DNA from: Actinomycetota bacterium
GTDB taxonomy: Bacteria; Actinomycetota; Actinomycetes; Mycobacteriales; SCTD01
Length of the DNA: 64,000 bases
Direction: 5' to 3'
NCBI GenBank assembly: GCA_046723735.1
Contig: JBKOVB010000088.1
Coordinates: 6,571-70,570, forward strand
Numbering within the stretch: position 1 is the stretch's first letter; every line of letters begins with the position of its first letter. The position numbers were made by a program, and so were the translations under genes. The notes under the pieces were generated by a model. That model was not told the origin of the DNA, did not search any database, and saw nothing but the letters and a program-made list of their open reading frames with translations. Positions 56,043 to 64,000 of the stretch are shown here, piece after piece.

Positions 56043-58076
56043 GTGAACTTGTGGCGACACGCTTCGTGGAAGCGCCGGCTGGCCGTGGTCGCGGGCGGCA
56101 CCTCTTTGGCCCTGGTGGCCGCCGTCGGTGTCGGTTATGCCCGCACCGAGGTACCGCCGCCGAACAAGATCGCGACGGATCAGGGCCTGCGGCTGCTCTA
56201 CGCCGACGGCTCCCCGATGGCGAGCTTCGGCAAGAACCGGGTGTTCGTGCCGCTCGACCAGGTGTCCCCCGCCGCCCAGCACGCCGTGCTCGCGGCCGAG
56301 GACCGCGACTTCTACAGCGAGCCGGGCATCAGCCCCAAGGGCATCGCCCGGGCACTGTTCACCAACGTGCGTGGCGGTGGCGTCGCCCAGGGCGGCTCCA
56401 CGATCACCCAGCAGTACGCCAAGAACGCCTTCCTCACCCAGGAGCGGACCTTCACCCGCAAGATCAAGGAGGTCTTCATCGCGGTGAAGATGTCCCGCAC
56501 GGTGAGCAAGGACCAGATCCTCGAGGACTACCTCAACACGATCTACTTCGGCCGCGGCGCCTTCGGCATCGAGGCCGCCGCCCAGACCTACTTCGGCGTC
56601 AAGGCCAAGGACCTCAGCGTCGCGCAGGCGGCGGTGCTCGCCAGCAGCATCCGGTCCCCCGCCGGCTACGACCCTGCCCGACACCCCGAGCGCGCCCAGG
56701 CCCGGTGGCGCTACGTGCTCGACGGCATGGTGAAGAAGCACTGGCTGTCGACCGCCGAGCGCGACGCGCAGAACTATCCGAAGGTCGCGGCCCGGGAGGG
56801 CACGAGCTCGCTGCCGGGCGACCTCGACCACATCCGTGACCAGGTCGTCGCCGAGCTCGAGCGGCACGGCTACCCCGAGGACCGGATCGCGGCCGGCGGC
56901 CTGACGGTCACCACGACGATCGTCAGGCAGGCGCAGGACGCCGCACGTACGGCGGTCGAGGACCAGATCTCGGCGCCGAAGAAGAACGACGACCCCGTCG
57001 CGGCGCTGGTCGCCGTCGAGCCCGGCACCGGCAAGGTCATCGCCTACTACGGCGGCCGCCAGGCCGGCGGTCTGGACTACGCCGACGAGGGCCCGGGCGT
57101 GCAGCCCGGCTCGTCGATGAAGCCGTACGTGCTGGCCGCGGCCCTGCAGAACGGCAAGAAGCTCTCCGACCTGTACGACGGCCGCTCGCCCCAGGACATC
57201 TGCGGCCAGAAGGGCGTCGACAACGACGCGGGCGACCCGCCGTTCGGGAAGATCGACCTCGCGACGGCGCTCGCGCACTCGGTGAACACGGTCTACATGC
57301 GCCTGGCCTGCGACGTCGGACCGAAGAAGGTCGCTGACCTCGCGCACGCGGCCGGCATCCCGGATCGCCAGGACCTGGGTGGTCAGCACCCCGCGGCAGG
57401 CATCGCGCTCGGCATCTACGAGGTGCACCCGTTCGACCAGGCGGTCGGCTACGCGACGTTCGCAGCCCAGGGCGAGCGCGCCGCGCCGTACTTCGTCCTC
57501 AAGGTCGACGACCGCGACGGCAACGAGATCTACCGGGCGCGCGCCGAGCGCACGCGGGCGTTCAGCGCCGACGTCGCCGCCGACGCGACGTACGCCATGC
57601 AGCAGGTCGTGCTGCGCGGCACGGGGAAGCGGGCGAAGATCCCGGGCCGTCCGACGGCCGGAAAGACCGGGACGACCCAGCGCAACAAGAATGCTTGGTT
57701 CTGCGGCTTCACCCCGCAGCTGGCGGCGGCGGTGTGGGTGGGGCGTCCGGGCGGAAAGCCGCTCACGAGGGTCCTCGGCGCCAGCGCCGTGTACGGCGGC
57801 GGCGCGCCCGCCAAGATCTTCAGGGCCTTCATGACCGCCGCCCTCAAGGGCGAGCCGGTGAAGCAGTTCCCGCCGCGGGCGAACGTCGGCCCCACCCCGT
57901 CGCCCGTCGCGACTGTGACCGCCACGGCCGCGCCGACCGCGACCGCCACGCCGTCGCCGACGTCGTCGCCGACGCCGGTGGTCACGCTCCCGCCCGTGCT
58001 GCCGAGCAGCCCGACGTCGTCGCCGTCCGCGACGCCTGCCCCCTCGGCGACGCCGGCCGTCGTCCCGAGCGGTTAG
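56043..58076 (+). CDS. Class A penicillin-binding protein (transglycosylase/transpeptidase, PonA-like)
   Basis: GT51 motifs AAEDRDFYSEPGISPKG and GGSTITQQYAKN. Transpeptidase motifs SSMKP and KTGTT. Pro/Thr/Ser-rich tail. Confidence 0.9.
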   Translation: MNLWRHASWKRRLAVVAGGTSLALVAAVGVGYARTEVPPPNKIATDQGLRLLYADGSPMASFGKNRVFVPLDQVSPAAQHAVLAAEDRDFYSEPGISPKGIARALFTNVRGGGVAQGGSTITQQYAKNAFLTQERTFTRKIKEVFIAVKMSRTVSKDQILEDYLNTIYFGRGAFGIEAAAQTYFGVKAKDLSVAQAAVLASSIRSPAGYDPARHPERAQARWRYVLDGMVKKHWLSTAERDAQNYPKVAAREGTSSLPGDLDHIRDQVVAELERHGYPEDRIAAGGLTVTTTIVRQAQDAARTAVEDQISAPKKNDDPVAALVAVEPGTGKVIAYYGGRQAGGLDYADEGPGVQPGSSMKPYVLAAALQNGKKLSDLYDGRSPQDICGQKGVDNDAGDPPFGKIDLATALAHSVNTVYMRLACDVGPKKVADLAHAAGIPDRQDLGGQHPAAGIALGIYEVHPFDQAVGYATFAAQGERAAPYFVLKVDDRDGNEIYRARAERTRAFSADVAADATYAMQQVVLRGTGKRAKIPGRPTAGKTGTTQRNKNAWFCGFTPQLAAAVWVGRPGGKPLTRVLGASAVYGGGAPAKIFRAFMTAALKGEPVKQFPPRANVGPTPSPVATVTATAAPTATATPSPTSSPTPVVTLPPVLPSSPTSSPSATPAPSATPAVVPSG

Positions 58077-58081
58077 CAGGT

Positions 58082-58108
58082 GGGGCGTGAGGCACCTCCC
58101 CACGCCCC
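58082..58108. terminator. Hairpin between the convergent PBP and secreted-protein genes
   Basis: 8-bp stem GGGGCGTG / CACGCCCC with an 11-nt loop. Confidence 0.4.
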
Positions 58109-58124
58109 CCTGCTGACCCCGCTG

Positions 58125-60212
58125 CTACGGCGTCAGCCTGCTGATCCGCGTGGACCAGTTCGCCAGCGCCGAGCGCGTCCCCGGCCCGTGCGAAGGGCCG
58201 GCGCACGTACCGAGCAGGTTGTCGCCCGTGCCGCCCGCGAAGAACGGGCCGCCCCAGGCGGTGTAGTCGCACGCGTGGGCGATGTACTCGCTGGCGATCC
58301 ACACCGCGCTGCCGTCGACGGCTGCCGCGCCGTAGTCCCCCCAGCGGGTCCGCGGCGGGTTGCCCACCTGCGCCTTGTAGCTGGTGAACCCGTCGTCGGG
58401 CGCCGCGCCGGTCCCGCCCGGCACGACGTTCCACGCGCCGACGCCGTTGATGGCGTCGATGCCCGCGTACGCAGCGCTGGGGTTGAGGGTCTCGCCCAGG
58501 GCCGTGAAGGCCATCACGCCTCGGCCGCTGGCCGTGACCCCGACCGCCGGGTAGGTGAAGTCGTAGCCGCTCGCGCCCAAGTAGCCCTGCAGCGCCACCT
58601 TGGCGGTCAGGGCGCCGCTCGTGATCTCCGGCTTCACGACGTACCAGGCGATCCCGGCCCGCTGGGCCCCGCCGTCAGGGTTCAGCGCCGTGTCCAGCGC
58701 GCCCCAGAGCTTGCCGTTGGCGTACATCACCTGCTGCATCCGGCTGTCGTTGGCGTCGGGTCGCGAGATCACCTCGTCGTGCGCCGGCTCGGCGGTGAAC
58801 AGCAGCCGCCAGCAGCCCGTACCCGCGATGGTCACGGTGGTCGTGTCGTTGATGCAGTGCCCCTGCGGGACGTCGGTGCCCGGCGGTGTGCCCGATCCTG
58901 GCTGACGCGCCTTCGGCGGCACGCCGTACTGGTTCACGCTCAGGATGCGGTTGCTGAACACCGGCGCCGGCGTCGCCGTGTCGAGCGACGCGGTGTTGGT
59001 CAGCGCCCACACGACCAGCTGGGTGGACGTGTGCGTGCCGCCGGTGCCGGCCACCGGGTTGGTCGCCTCGTCGGCGGCGTTGGAGCTCAGGAAGTACTCC
59101 GTGCCGTTCGCGCTCAGGTCGTACGACGCGGTGCCGGGCGACTGGGCCGGCCACAGCGTGAAGCCGGGCTGGGTGCTGCCCGCGTCGCTGGGCGCGTTCA
59201 CGGTCCCCGACGTGTCGAGGTGCACCAGGGTCACGCTGGCCGCGCCGGCCGCGAGAGCCGCCTTGGACAGCGCGTACACCTGCGCCCCCGCGAAGCCGTT
59301 GCAGCACCACGGGTAGGCGTTGGTCGTGATGTAGAAGCCGTGCGCGTCCGCCCCGATGTGCGGGTAGTCGCCGAGGTACGGCCCCGGGTTCGAGCCGCCG
59401 GTGTTCGTCCCGTCGTTCGTCACGTCGATCCGGTAGATGCTCCAGGCGCCCGTCGGGTTGGACGTCTGGGAGACCGCCAGGTCGAGGTGGTTCACGGTGG
59501 TGAACGCGCCGGTGGTCGGCACGACCTCGAGGGTCAGCACGACCATGAAGAAGCGTTGCGTCGCTGCGTCGTACAGGCAGCTGGGGTCGGTGACGAACTG
59601 GCCGCGGATCCCGGTCGCCCGGTTGATGGCCGGCGGGTAGCCGAAGAACGAGTTGAGGTCGACGGCGTGGTTCACGTTGCGCGGGAACCCGCTGACGATG
59701 TTGGTCGCCGTGTTGTCCGGCAGCACCGACTGGCCCGAGGTGTTGAAGACGTTGACGACGTCGTTGACCGCCTCGACGACGTAGCCGTTGCCGACGCACA
59801 GCCCCTGGTCCGGAGGCTCGAGGCTGAACTGGTTGCCGCCGCGCGCGTACCGCTGCTGGTAGTGGTTCAGGCCCTCGAACCCGCTGCTGAACGTCGGGTT
59901 GGACTTCGCCTTCTTGCCGCTCGTCACCGACGCGCCCTTGCCCGGGCCGTTCGACAGGCCGCGGTCGACGATGGTGCCGGGATAGGGACCCGGTCCGCCG
60001 TCCTCCTCGTCCTCCTGGCCTGCGAACTCGGCCTGCGTCGCGTCCTGGTCGCCGGACGGCGAGAACGTTCCGGTTGAGGGCGAGGTCGTGCCGGCCCGCG
60101 GGACCGTACGTCCGCTCGCCAACGCCGGCGCGGTCTGGCTCCCTGCCACGAACGCCGGCAGCAGCGCCGCCAGCAATGACGCCACTCCGAGAAGTGCCAC
60201 TCTCAGGCGCAT
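58125..60212 (-). CDS. Large secreted protein of unknown function (repetitive beta-rich, propeller-like)
   Basis: Signal peptide MRLRVALLGVASLLAALLPAFVAG. Recurrent GDY-type blocks (LGDYPHIGAD, RWGDYGAAAVDG). I recognise no catalytic motif. Confidence 0.65.
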   Translation of the reverse strand: MRLRVALLGVASLLAALLPAFVAGSQTAPALASGRTVPRAGTTSPSTGTFSPSGDQDATQAEFAGQEDEEDGGPGPYPGTIVDRGLSNGPGKGASVTSGKKAKSNPTFSSGFEGLNHYQQRYARGGNQFSLEPPDQGLCVGNGYVVEAVNDVVNVFNTSGQSVLPDNTATNIVSGFPRNVNHAVDLNSFFGYPPAINRATGIRGQFVTDPSCLYDAATQRFFMVVLTLEVVPTTGAFTTVNHLDLAVSQTSNPTGAWSIYRIDVTNDGTNTGGSNPGPYLGDYPHIGADAHGFYITTNAYPWCCNGFAGAQVYALSKAALAAGAASVTLVHLDTSGTVNAPSDAGSTQPGFTLWPAQSPGTASYDLSANGTEYFLSSNAADEATNPVAGTGGTHTSTQLVVWALTNTASLDTATPAPVFSNRILSVNQYGVPPKARQPGSGTPPGTDVPQGHCINDTTTVTIAGTGCWRLLFTAEPAHDEVISRPDANDSRMQQVMYANGKLWGALDTALNPDGGAQRAGIAWYVVKPEITSGALTAKVALQGYLGASGYDFTYPAVGVTASGRGVMAFTALGETLNPSAAYAGIDAINGVGAWNVVPGGTGAAPDDGFTSYKAQVGNPPRTRWGDYGAAAVDGSAVWIASEYIAHACDYTAWGGPFFAGGTGDNLLGTCAGPSHGPGTRSALANWSTRISRLTP

Positions 60213-60432
60213 TGACTTCCCCCTTGCGCGCGGGATCGAGTCCCGACATCCGGCGTCGCGGCCGATCGGCAGCGGCGCGCGTCTCGGTCAGCAGTCGGCC
60301 GACCGCAGGGCGCTACTGATACAGAGGGGTGAGTGCTCCAGGACGGACATCACGGGCGGGGACGCTGCCGCGCACCGTGCGCCACCCCGAGCCTCGCGGG
60401 CATCGCTGGGCGCTTCTGGCAGGCTCTCCGAC

Positions 60433-62004
60433 GTGCGCACCCCGTACGTCCTCCCCAGCTCCGACGACCCGGTGGTCGCGGGCGCCGTCGAGGCCATCGG
60501 CGGACCGCCCGGCCGGCACGCCCGGATCGGGGAGCGGCGACTGTTCACCATCACCCGGGTGCTGCTCGCCCTGACGCTGCTGACCTGCGTCCTGGGGTTC
60601 CTGCAGAAGCTCCCGTGCCGCGACGGCAGCACCTGGGCGAACGAGCACCAGTACACCCGTGCCTGCTACACGGACGTGGTCGCGCTCTACTCCGCGGAGG
60701 GGCTCAGCGCGGGCAAGACCCCGTACTACGACCACCCGGTGGAGTACCCGGTCGTCATCGGCGGGGTCATGCAGGTCTCGGCGAAGCTCGCGGACTGGCT
60801 GTCCCCGTCCCACGACAGCCAGAGCTACGCCGACAGCATCGCGCGCGAGAAGCGCTTCTTCGACCTCACCTGGTTGTTCCTCACCGTCTGCGCCCTGCTC
60901 GTCGTCGTCACGACCGAGCGGCTCGCCGGTCGGCGGCCGTGGGACGCCGCGATGTTCGCGCTCTCCCCGGCGCTGCTGCTGCACGCCACGACGAACTGGG
61001 ACCTCGTCGCGGTGGCGCTCGCCGGCGCCGCCCTGCTCGCCTGGGCCCGCCGACGACCGGTGACCGCGGGCGTCCTGCTCGGCCTGGCCACCGCGACGAA
61101 GCTCTACCCGGTGCTGTTCCTCGTGCCGCTGGCGCTGCTGTGCTGGCGCGCGGGCACGCTGCGCGCGTTCGCCAAGGTCGCGGTGGCCACGGTGGTCGCC
61201 GCGGTGGCGGTCACGGCGCCCGTGTACCTCACCGCCCCGTCGTACGGCGACGTCAACGGCCAGCAGGTCAGACTGCTCGACTCACCGCTGGACCGGCTGG
61301 GCGACGAGGGGCTGTCCGCCCTCGCGCCGCACCACCAGGTCGGTGGCAGGCAGGCGACCAACGCTGTCTACCGCTTCTTCGAGCTCAACAAGACGCGCCC
61401 GGCGGACTGGGACTCGGTCTACCTGCAGCTGCAGCACCTGCGCACCGACCACGGGTGGCTCAAGGGCGTGCGCAACGGGATCGCGGACGCGTTCACCGAC
61501 CGCGGGCCCACCCCGACGCGCCTCAACACGATCGTGGCGGTGCTGGAGATCGCGCTGGTGGGCGCGGTCGCGCTGCTCGCCCTGCGGGCCAAGCGCCGCC
61601 CGCGGCTGCCGCAGCTGCTGTTCCTCATCACGGTGGGGTTCCTGCTGCTCAACAAGGTGAGCAGCCCGCAGTACGTGCTGTGGCTCGTGCCGCTCGCGAT
61701 CCTCGCCCGCCCGCGGTGGGGGCCGTTCCTGGCGTGGCAGGCCGCCGAGGTGCTGGTGCTGTTCAGCCGCTTCTACTTCTTCGTCGGCAACGACAAGCCG
61801 GGCCAGGGCATCGACATCGGCTGGTTCTTCGCCGCCGTGCTGCTGCGCGACGCGCTGCTGCTCGGGTACGCCGCGCTGGTGCTGCGGGACGTGCTGCACC
61901 CCGAGCACGACGTCGTACGGCGGGACGGCGTGGACGACCCGGCGGGCGGCGTGCTCGACGGCGCCCCTGACCGCGTCCGCGCCGCCGTGCCCGTCTCAGC
62001 ATGA
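60433..62004 (+). CDS. DUF2029/GT87-type polyprenol-dependent membrane glycosyltransferase (Rv0051-like)
   Basis: GTG start at 60433. Multi-TM protein with the N-terminal loop CRDGSTWANEHQYTRACYTDVVALY...YDHPVEYPV typical of this family. Confidence 0.75.
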   Translation: MRTPYVLPSSDDPVVAGAVEAIGGPPGRHARIGERRLFTITRVLLALTLLTCVLGFLQKLPCRDGSTWANEHQYTRACYTDVVALYSAEGLSAGKTPYYDHPVEYPVVIGGVMQVSAKLADWLSPSHDSQSYADSIAREKRFFDLTWLFLTVCALLVVVTTERLAGRRPWDAAMFALSPALLLHATTNWDLVAVALAGAALLAWARRRPVTAGVLLGLATATKLYPVLFLVPLALLCWRAGTLRAFAKVAVATVVAAVAVTAPVYLTAPSYGDVNGQQVRLLDSPLDRLGDEGLSALAPHHQVGGRQATNAVYRFFELNKTRPADWDSVYLQLQHLRTDHGWLKGVRNGIADAFTDRGPTPTRLNTIVAVLEIALVGAVALLALRAKRRPRLPQLLFLITVGFLLLNKVSSPQYVLWLVPLAILARPRWGPFLAWQAAEVLVLFSRFYFFVGNDKPGQGIDIGWFFAAVLLRDALLLGYAALVLRDVLHPEHDVVRRDGVDDPAGGVLDGAPDRVRAAVPVSA

Positions 62005-63125
62005 CCGACGCCCGCACCGGCTGGGGGCGGGCGGCGACGGAGGCGCTGCCGCTGTGGCTCGGCTCCCGGCTCGCTGTCGTGCTGCTGTCCCTCGGTGCCG
62101 GCTGGCTGCTGCCGCCGGGTGACCGCGGGGTGCGGCCGGGGTTCCTGGACCAGTGGCACCACTGGGACACCGACCTGTTCCGCAAGGTCGCGGAGTTCGG
62201 GTACTTCTCGCCGCACTACACCGACCGGGCCGAAGCCTTCTTCCCGGGCCAGCCGCTCGCGATGCGGCTGGTGCACCTGGTGGTGCCGAGCTGGATCGCC
62301 GCCGGGATGGTCGTGGCGCTCGTCGCCGGCGCCGTCGCCTCCATGGCGCTGTTCCGGCTCGGTGCCGAGGACGGGGGCCCCGAGGTGGGGCGCCGGGCGG
62401 TGCTCTACCTGGTGCTGTTCCCCTACGCCGTGTTCCTGTTCGCCGGCTACTCGGAGGCGTTGTTCCTCGCTTTCGCCACGACCGCGTGGCTCGCCGCCCG
62501 GCGGGACCGGTGGTGGCTCGCCGGGCTGCTCGGGGCGGGCGCCGCGACGACCCGCATCACCGGCGTGGCGCTGGCCGCGGGCCTCGGGGTGGAGTTCCTG
62601 ACGCGGCACGGACGGCGCGGGCTGCGCAGTCGAGAGGTCCTGGCGCTCGCGCTGCCCGCCGTACCGATCGCTGTGTACTTCGCCTACCTGCACGGGCGCA
62701 CGGGGCACTGGGACGCCTACGCCCGCGCCCTCAAGGAGGGCTGGGGCCGCGACACCGTCAGCCCGTGGACCGGGCTGCACAACACCTGGCGGCTCGCGAC
62801 CGACAGCGCACAGAGCCGCGCGTTCCTGTGGTCGTGGCGGGCCGAGCTGCTGGCGATGCTCGTCGGCGTCGTGGTCACGGTCGTGCTGCTGCTGGCCCGG
62901 CGGTGGGGCGAGGCCACCTTCGTCGGCGTCAACGTCGCGGTGCTGTCGACCTCGGCGTACTACGCGTCGGGGGTGCGGGCGCTGCTGGTGTGGTTCCCGG
63001 CGTTCCTGCTGCTGGCCCGGCTGACGGTGCGGGTGCGGTGGCTGCACCCGGTGGTGCTGACCGTGTTCGCGCCGCTGTCGGCGCTGACCGTGCTGGCCTT
63101 CACCGAGGGGACCTGGCTGGGCTGA
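62001..63125 (+). CDS. GT-C fold membrane mannosyltransferase family protein (PIG-V-like)
   Basis: ATGA overlap with the upstream gene. Motif QWHHWDTDLFRKVAEFGY and about 9 TM helices. Confidence 0.7.
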   Translation: MTDARTGWGRAATEALPLWLGSRLAVVLLSLGAGWLLPPGDRGVRPGFLDQWHHWDTDLFRKVAEFGYFSPHYTDRAEAFFPGQPLAMRLVHLVVPSWIAAGMVVALVAGAVASMALFRLGAEDGGPEVGRRAVLYLVLFPYAVFLFAGYSEALFLAFATTAWLAARRDRWWLAGLLGAGAATTRITGVALAAGLGVEFLTRHGRRGLRSREVLALALPAVPIAVYFAYLHGRTGHWDAYARALKEGWGRDTVSPWTGLHNTWRLATDSAQSRAFLWSWRAELLAMLVGVVVTVVLLLARRWGEATFVGVNVAVLSTSAYYASGVRALLVWFPAFLLLARLTVRVRWLHPVVLTVFAPLSALTVLAFTEGTWLG

Positions 63126-64000
63126 CCGCGCCGCAGTGCGGGCAGCGCACCGGGTGCTCGCCCCGGACGCGGTACAGCGGCCGGGCCTTCACCTCGTCGT
63201 AGATGCGTCCGACGTACTCCCCCAGCACGCCCAGGCACAGCAGCTGCACGGCGCCCAGGAACAGGATCCCCAGGGTCATCGACGCCCAGCCCGGCACCGC
63301 GTTGCCGGTGCCCTTGACGATGAGCACCCAGACGCCGAGCAGCGCAGCGACCAGTGCGCTGAGCATCCCGAAGCCGGTGGCGAAGCGCAGCGGCGTGCTG
63401 CTGAACGACACGACGCTGTCGGAGGCGAGCAGCGCCATGCGCCGGACGGTGTACGACGTGCGCCCGGCCGCGCGGGGATCGCGGCGGTGCACGACGACGG
63501 CGCTGGGGAACCCGAGCAGCGGGATGAGCAGCCGGTAGACGCGGCGTCGCTCGGGCAGCGCCCGCAGCGCCGCGACCACGTCGGCGTGCAGCAGCCGGAA
63601 GTCGCCCGCGTGCGGGACCACCTGGACGCCCGCGAGCTTGTCGACCAGCCGGTAGTAGACGCCTGCGGTGAGGCGCTTGAAGCCGGTGTCGGTGCTGCGG
63701 TCGCCCCGCGCGGCGTAGACGACCTGCGCGTGCTCGTGCTCGGCCGCGGCGAGGAGCTCGGGGATGAGCTCGGGCGGGTCCTGCAGGTCGCCGTCCATGG
63801 TCACGACCCACTCGCCCGCGGCCCGGTCGAGGCCGGCGGTGAGCGCGGCCTGGTGGCCGCTGTTGCGGGCGAGCCCGATCAGCTGCGCCTGGGGCCAGTC
63901 GGCGATCAGCTCCTGCAGCACCTGGGCCGTCGCGTCGGTCGAGCCGTCGTCGACGAACAGCACCTCATGGGCACGGTCGGCCAGGACGGTCCGCAGTCGG
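63100..64000 (-). CDS. GT2 polyprenyl-phosphate sugar synthase (GtrB/DPM1-like), 5' end outside the window
   Basis: The ORF is open to the window edge. Motifs VDDGSTD, DGDLQDPPE, two C-terminal TM helices and a terminal CPHCG zinc knuckle. Confidence 0.85.
   Translation of the reverse strand, partial: RLRTVLADRAHEVLFVDDGSTDATAQVLQELIADWPQAQLIGLARNSGHQAALTAGLDRAAGEWVVTMDGDLQDPPELIPELLAAAEHEHAQVVYAARGDRSTDTGFKRLTAGVYYRLVDKLAGVQVVPHAGDFRLLHADVVAALRALPERRRVYRLLIPLLGFPSAVVVHRRDPRAAGRTSYTVRRMALLASDSVVSFSSTPLRFATGFGMLSALVAALLGVWVLIVKGTGNAVPGWASMTLGILFLGAVQLLCLGVLGEYVGRIYDEVKARPLYRVRGEHPVRCPHCGAVSPARSPR

Noticed and set aside
55893-58103. Upstream extension of the PadR ORF to a 936-aa reading frame.
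   Set aside because: Only the last ~199 codons look like a protein (a PadR winged helix). The remainder is antisense to the class A PBP gene and is Arg/Gly-rich noise.

Overview
Very GC-rich actinobacterial chromosome, in the neighbourhood of the replication origin. The core synteny is clear. On the minus strand: gyrA, gyrB, dciA (DUF721), recF, gnd, dnaN, oriC, dnaA. On the plus strand: rpmH, rnpA, yidD, yidC, jag, rsmG, parA, parB. The left flank carries pknB (3' part), trpG, a class E sortase, a DUF881 gene, crgA, a rhomboid protease, ppiA, tRNA-Ala, a DLW-39 micro-gene, tRNA-Ile and a DUF3566 gene. The right flank carries cwlM, trxA, trxB, a sigM-like ECF sigma with its ZAS anti-sigma, a MurJ-associated pseudokinase, two NlpC/P60 hydrolases, murJ, a DUF6049 gene, a NUDIX gene, the CCA-adding enzyme, then ino1, padR, a class A PBP and a membrane glycosyltransferase cluster. 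This order mirrors the M. tuberculosis Rv3907c-Rv3924c / Rv0001-Rv0014c / Rv0046c-Rv0051 blocks. I found no prophage, transposase, integrase, CRISPR array or recognisable defence island, and no convincing novel multi-gene system. The window is mostly conserved housekeeping. The signals I would re-examine are non-coding or architectural. (1) A purine-rich ~46-nt junction cassette recurs at four cistron boundaries: upstream of the sortase, upstream of murJ, after trpG, and inside the 5' end of rsmG. At murJ it forms an 18-codon relay uORF. (2) Two perfect 14-bp parS-like palindromes lie in an unusually long gyrB-gyrA spacer. (3) The three perfect DnaA boxes lie upstream of dnaA, while the dnaA-dnaN spacer carries only degenerate ones. 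(4) A well-formed promoter and leaderless ATG read antisense into the 3' end of parB. (5) crgA and the DUF881 gene are divergent and only 18 bp apart, with overlapping -10 hexamers. (6) A low-GC nested inverted repeat sits upstream of cwlM. (7) A ydaO-type c-di-AMP riboswitch and a peptidoglycan-hydrolase cassette are wedged between murJ and its pseudokinase partner. (8) An acyl-CoA ligase is fused to a histone-like Lys/Ala/Pro tail. All coordinates and motifs were read by eye from the sequence. No database searches were run.
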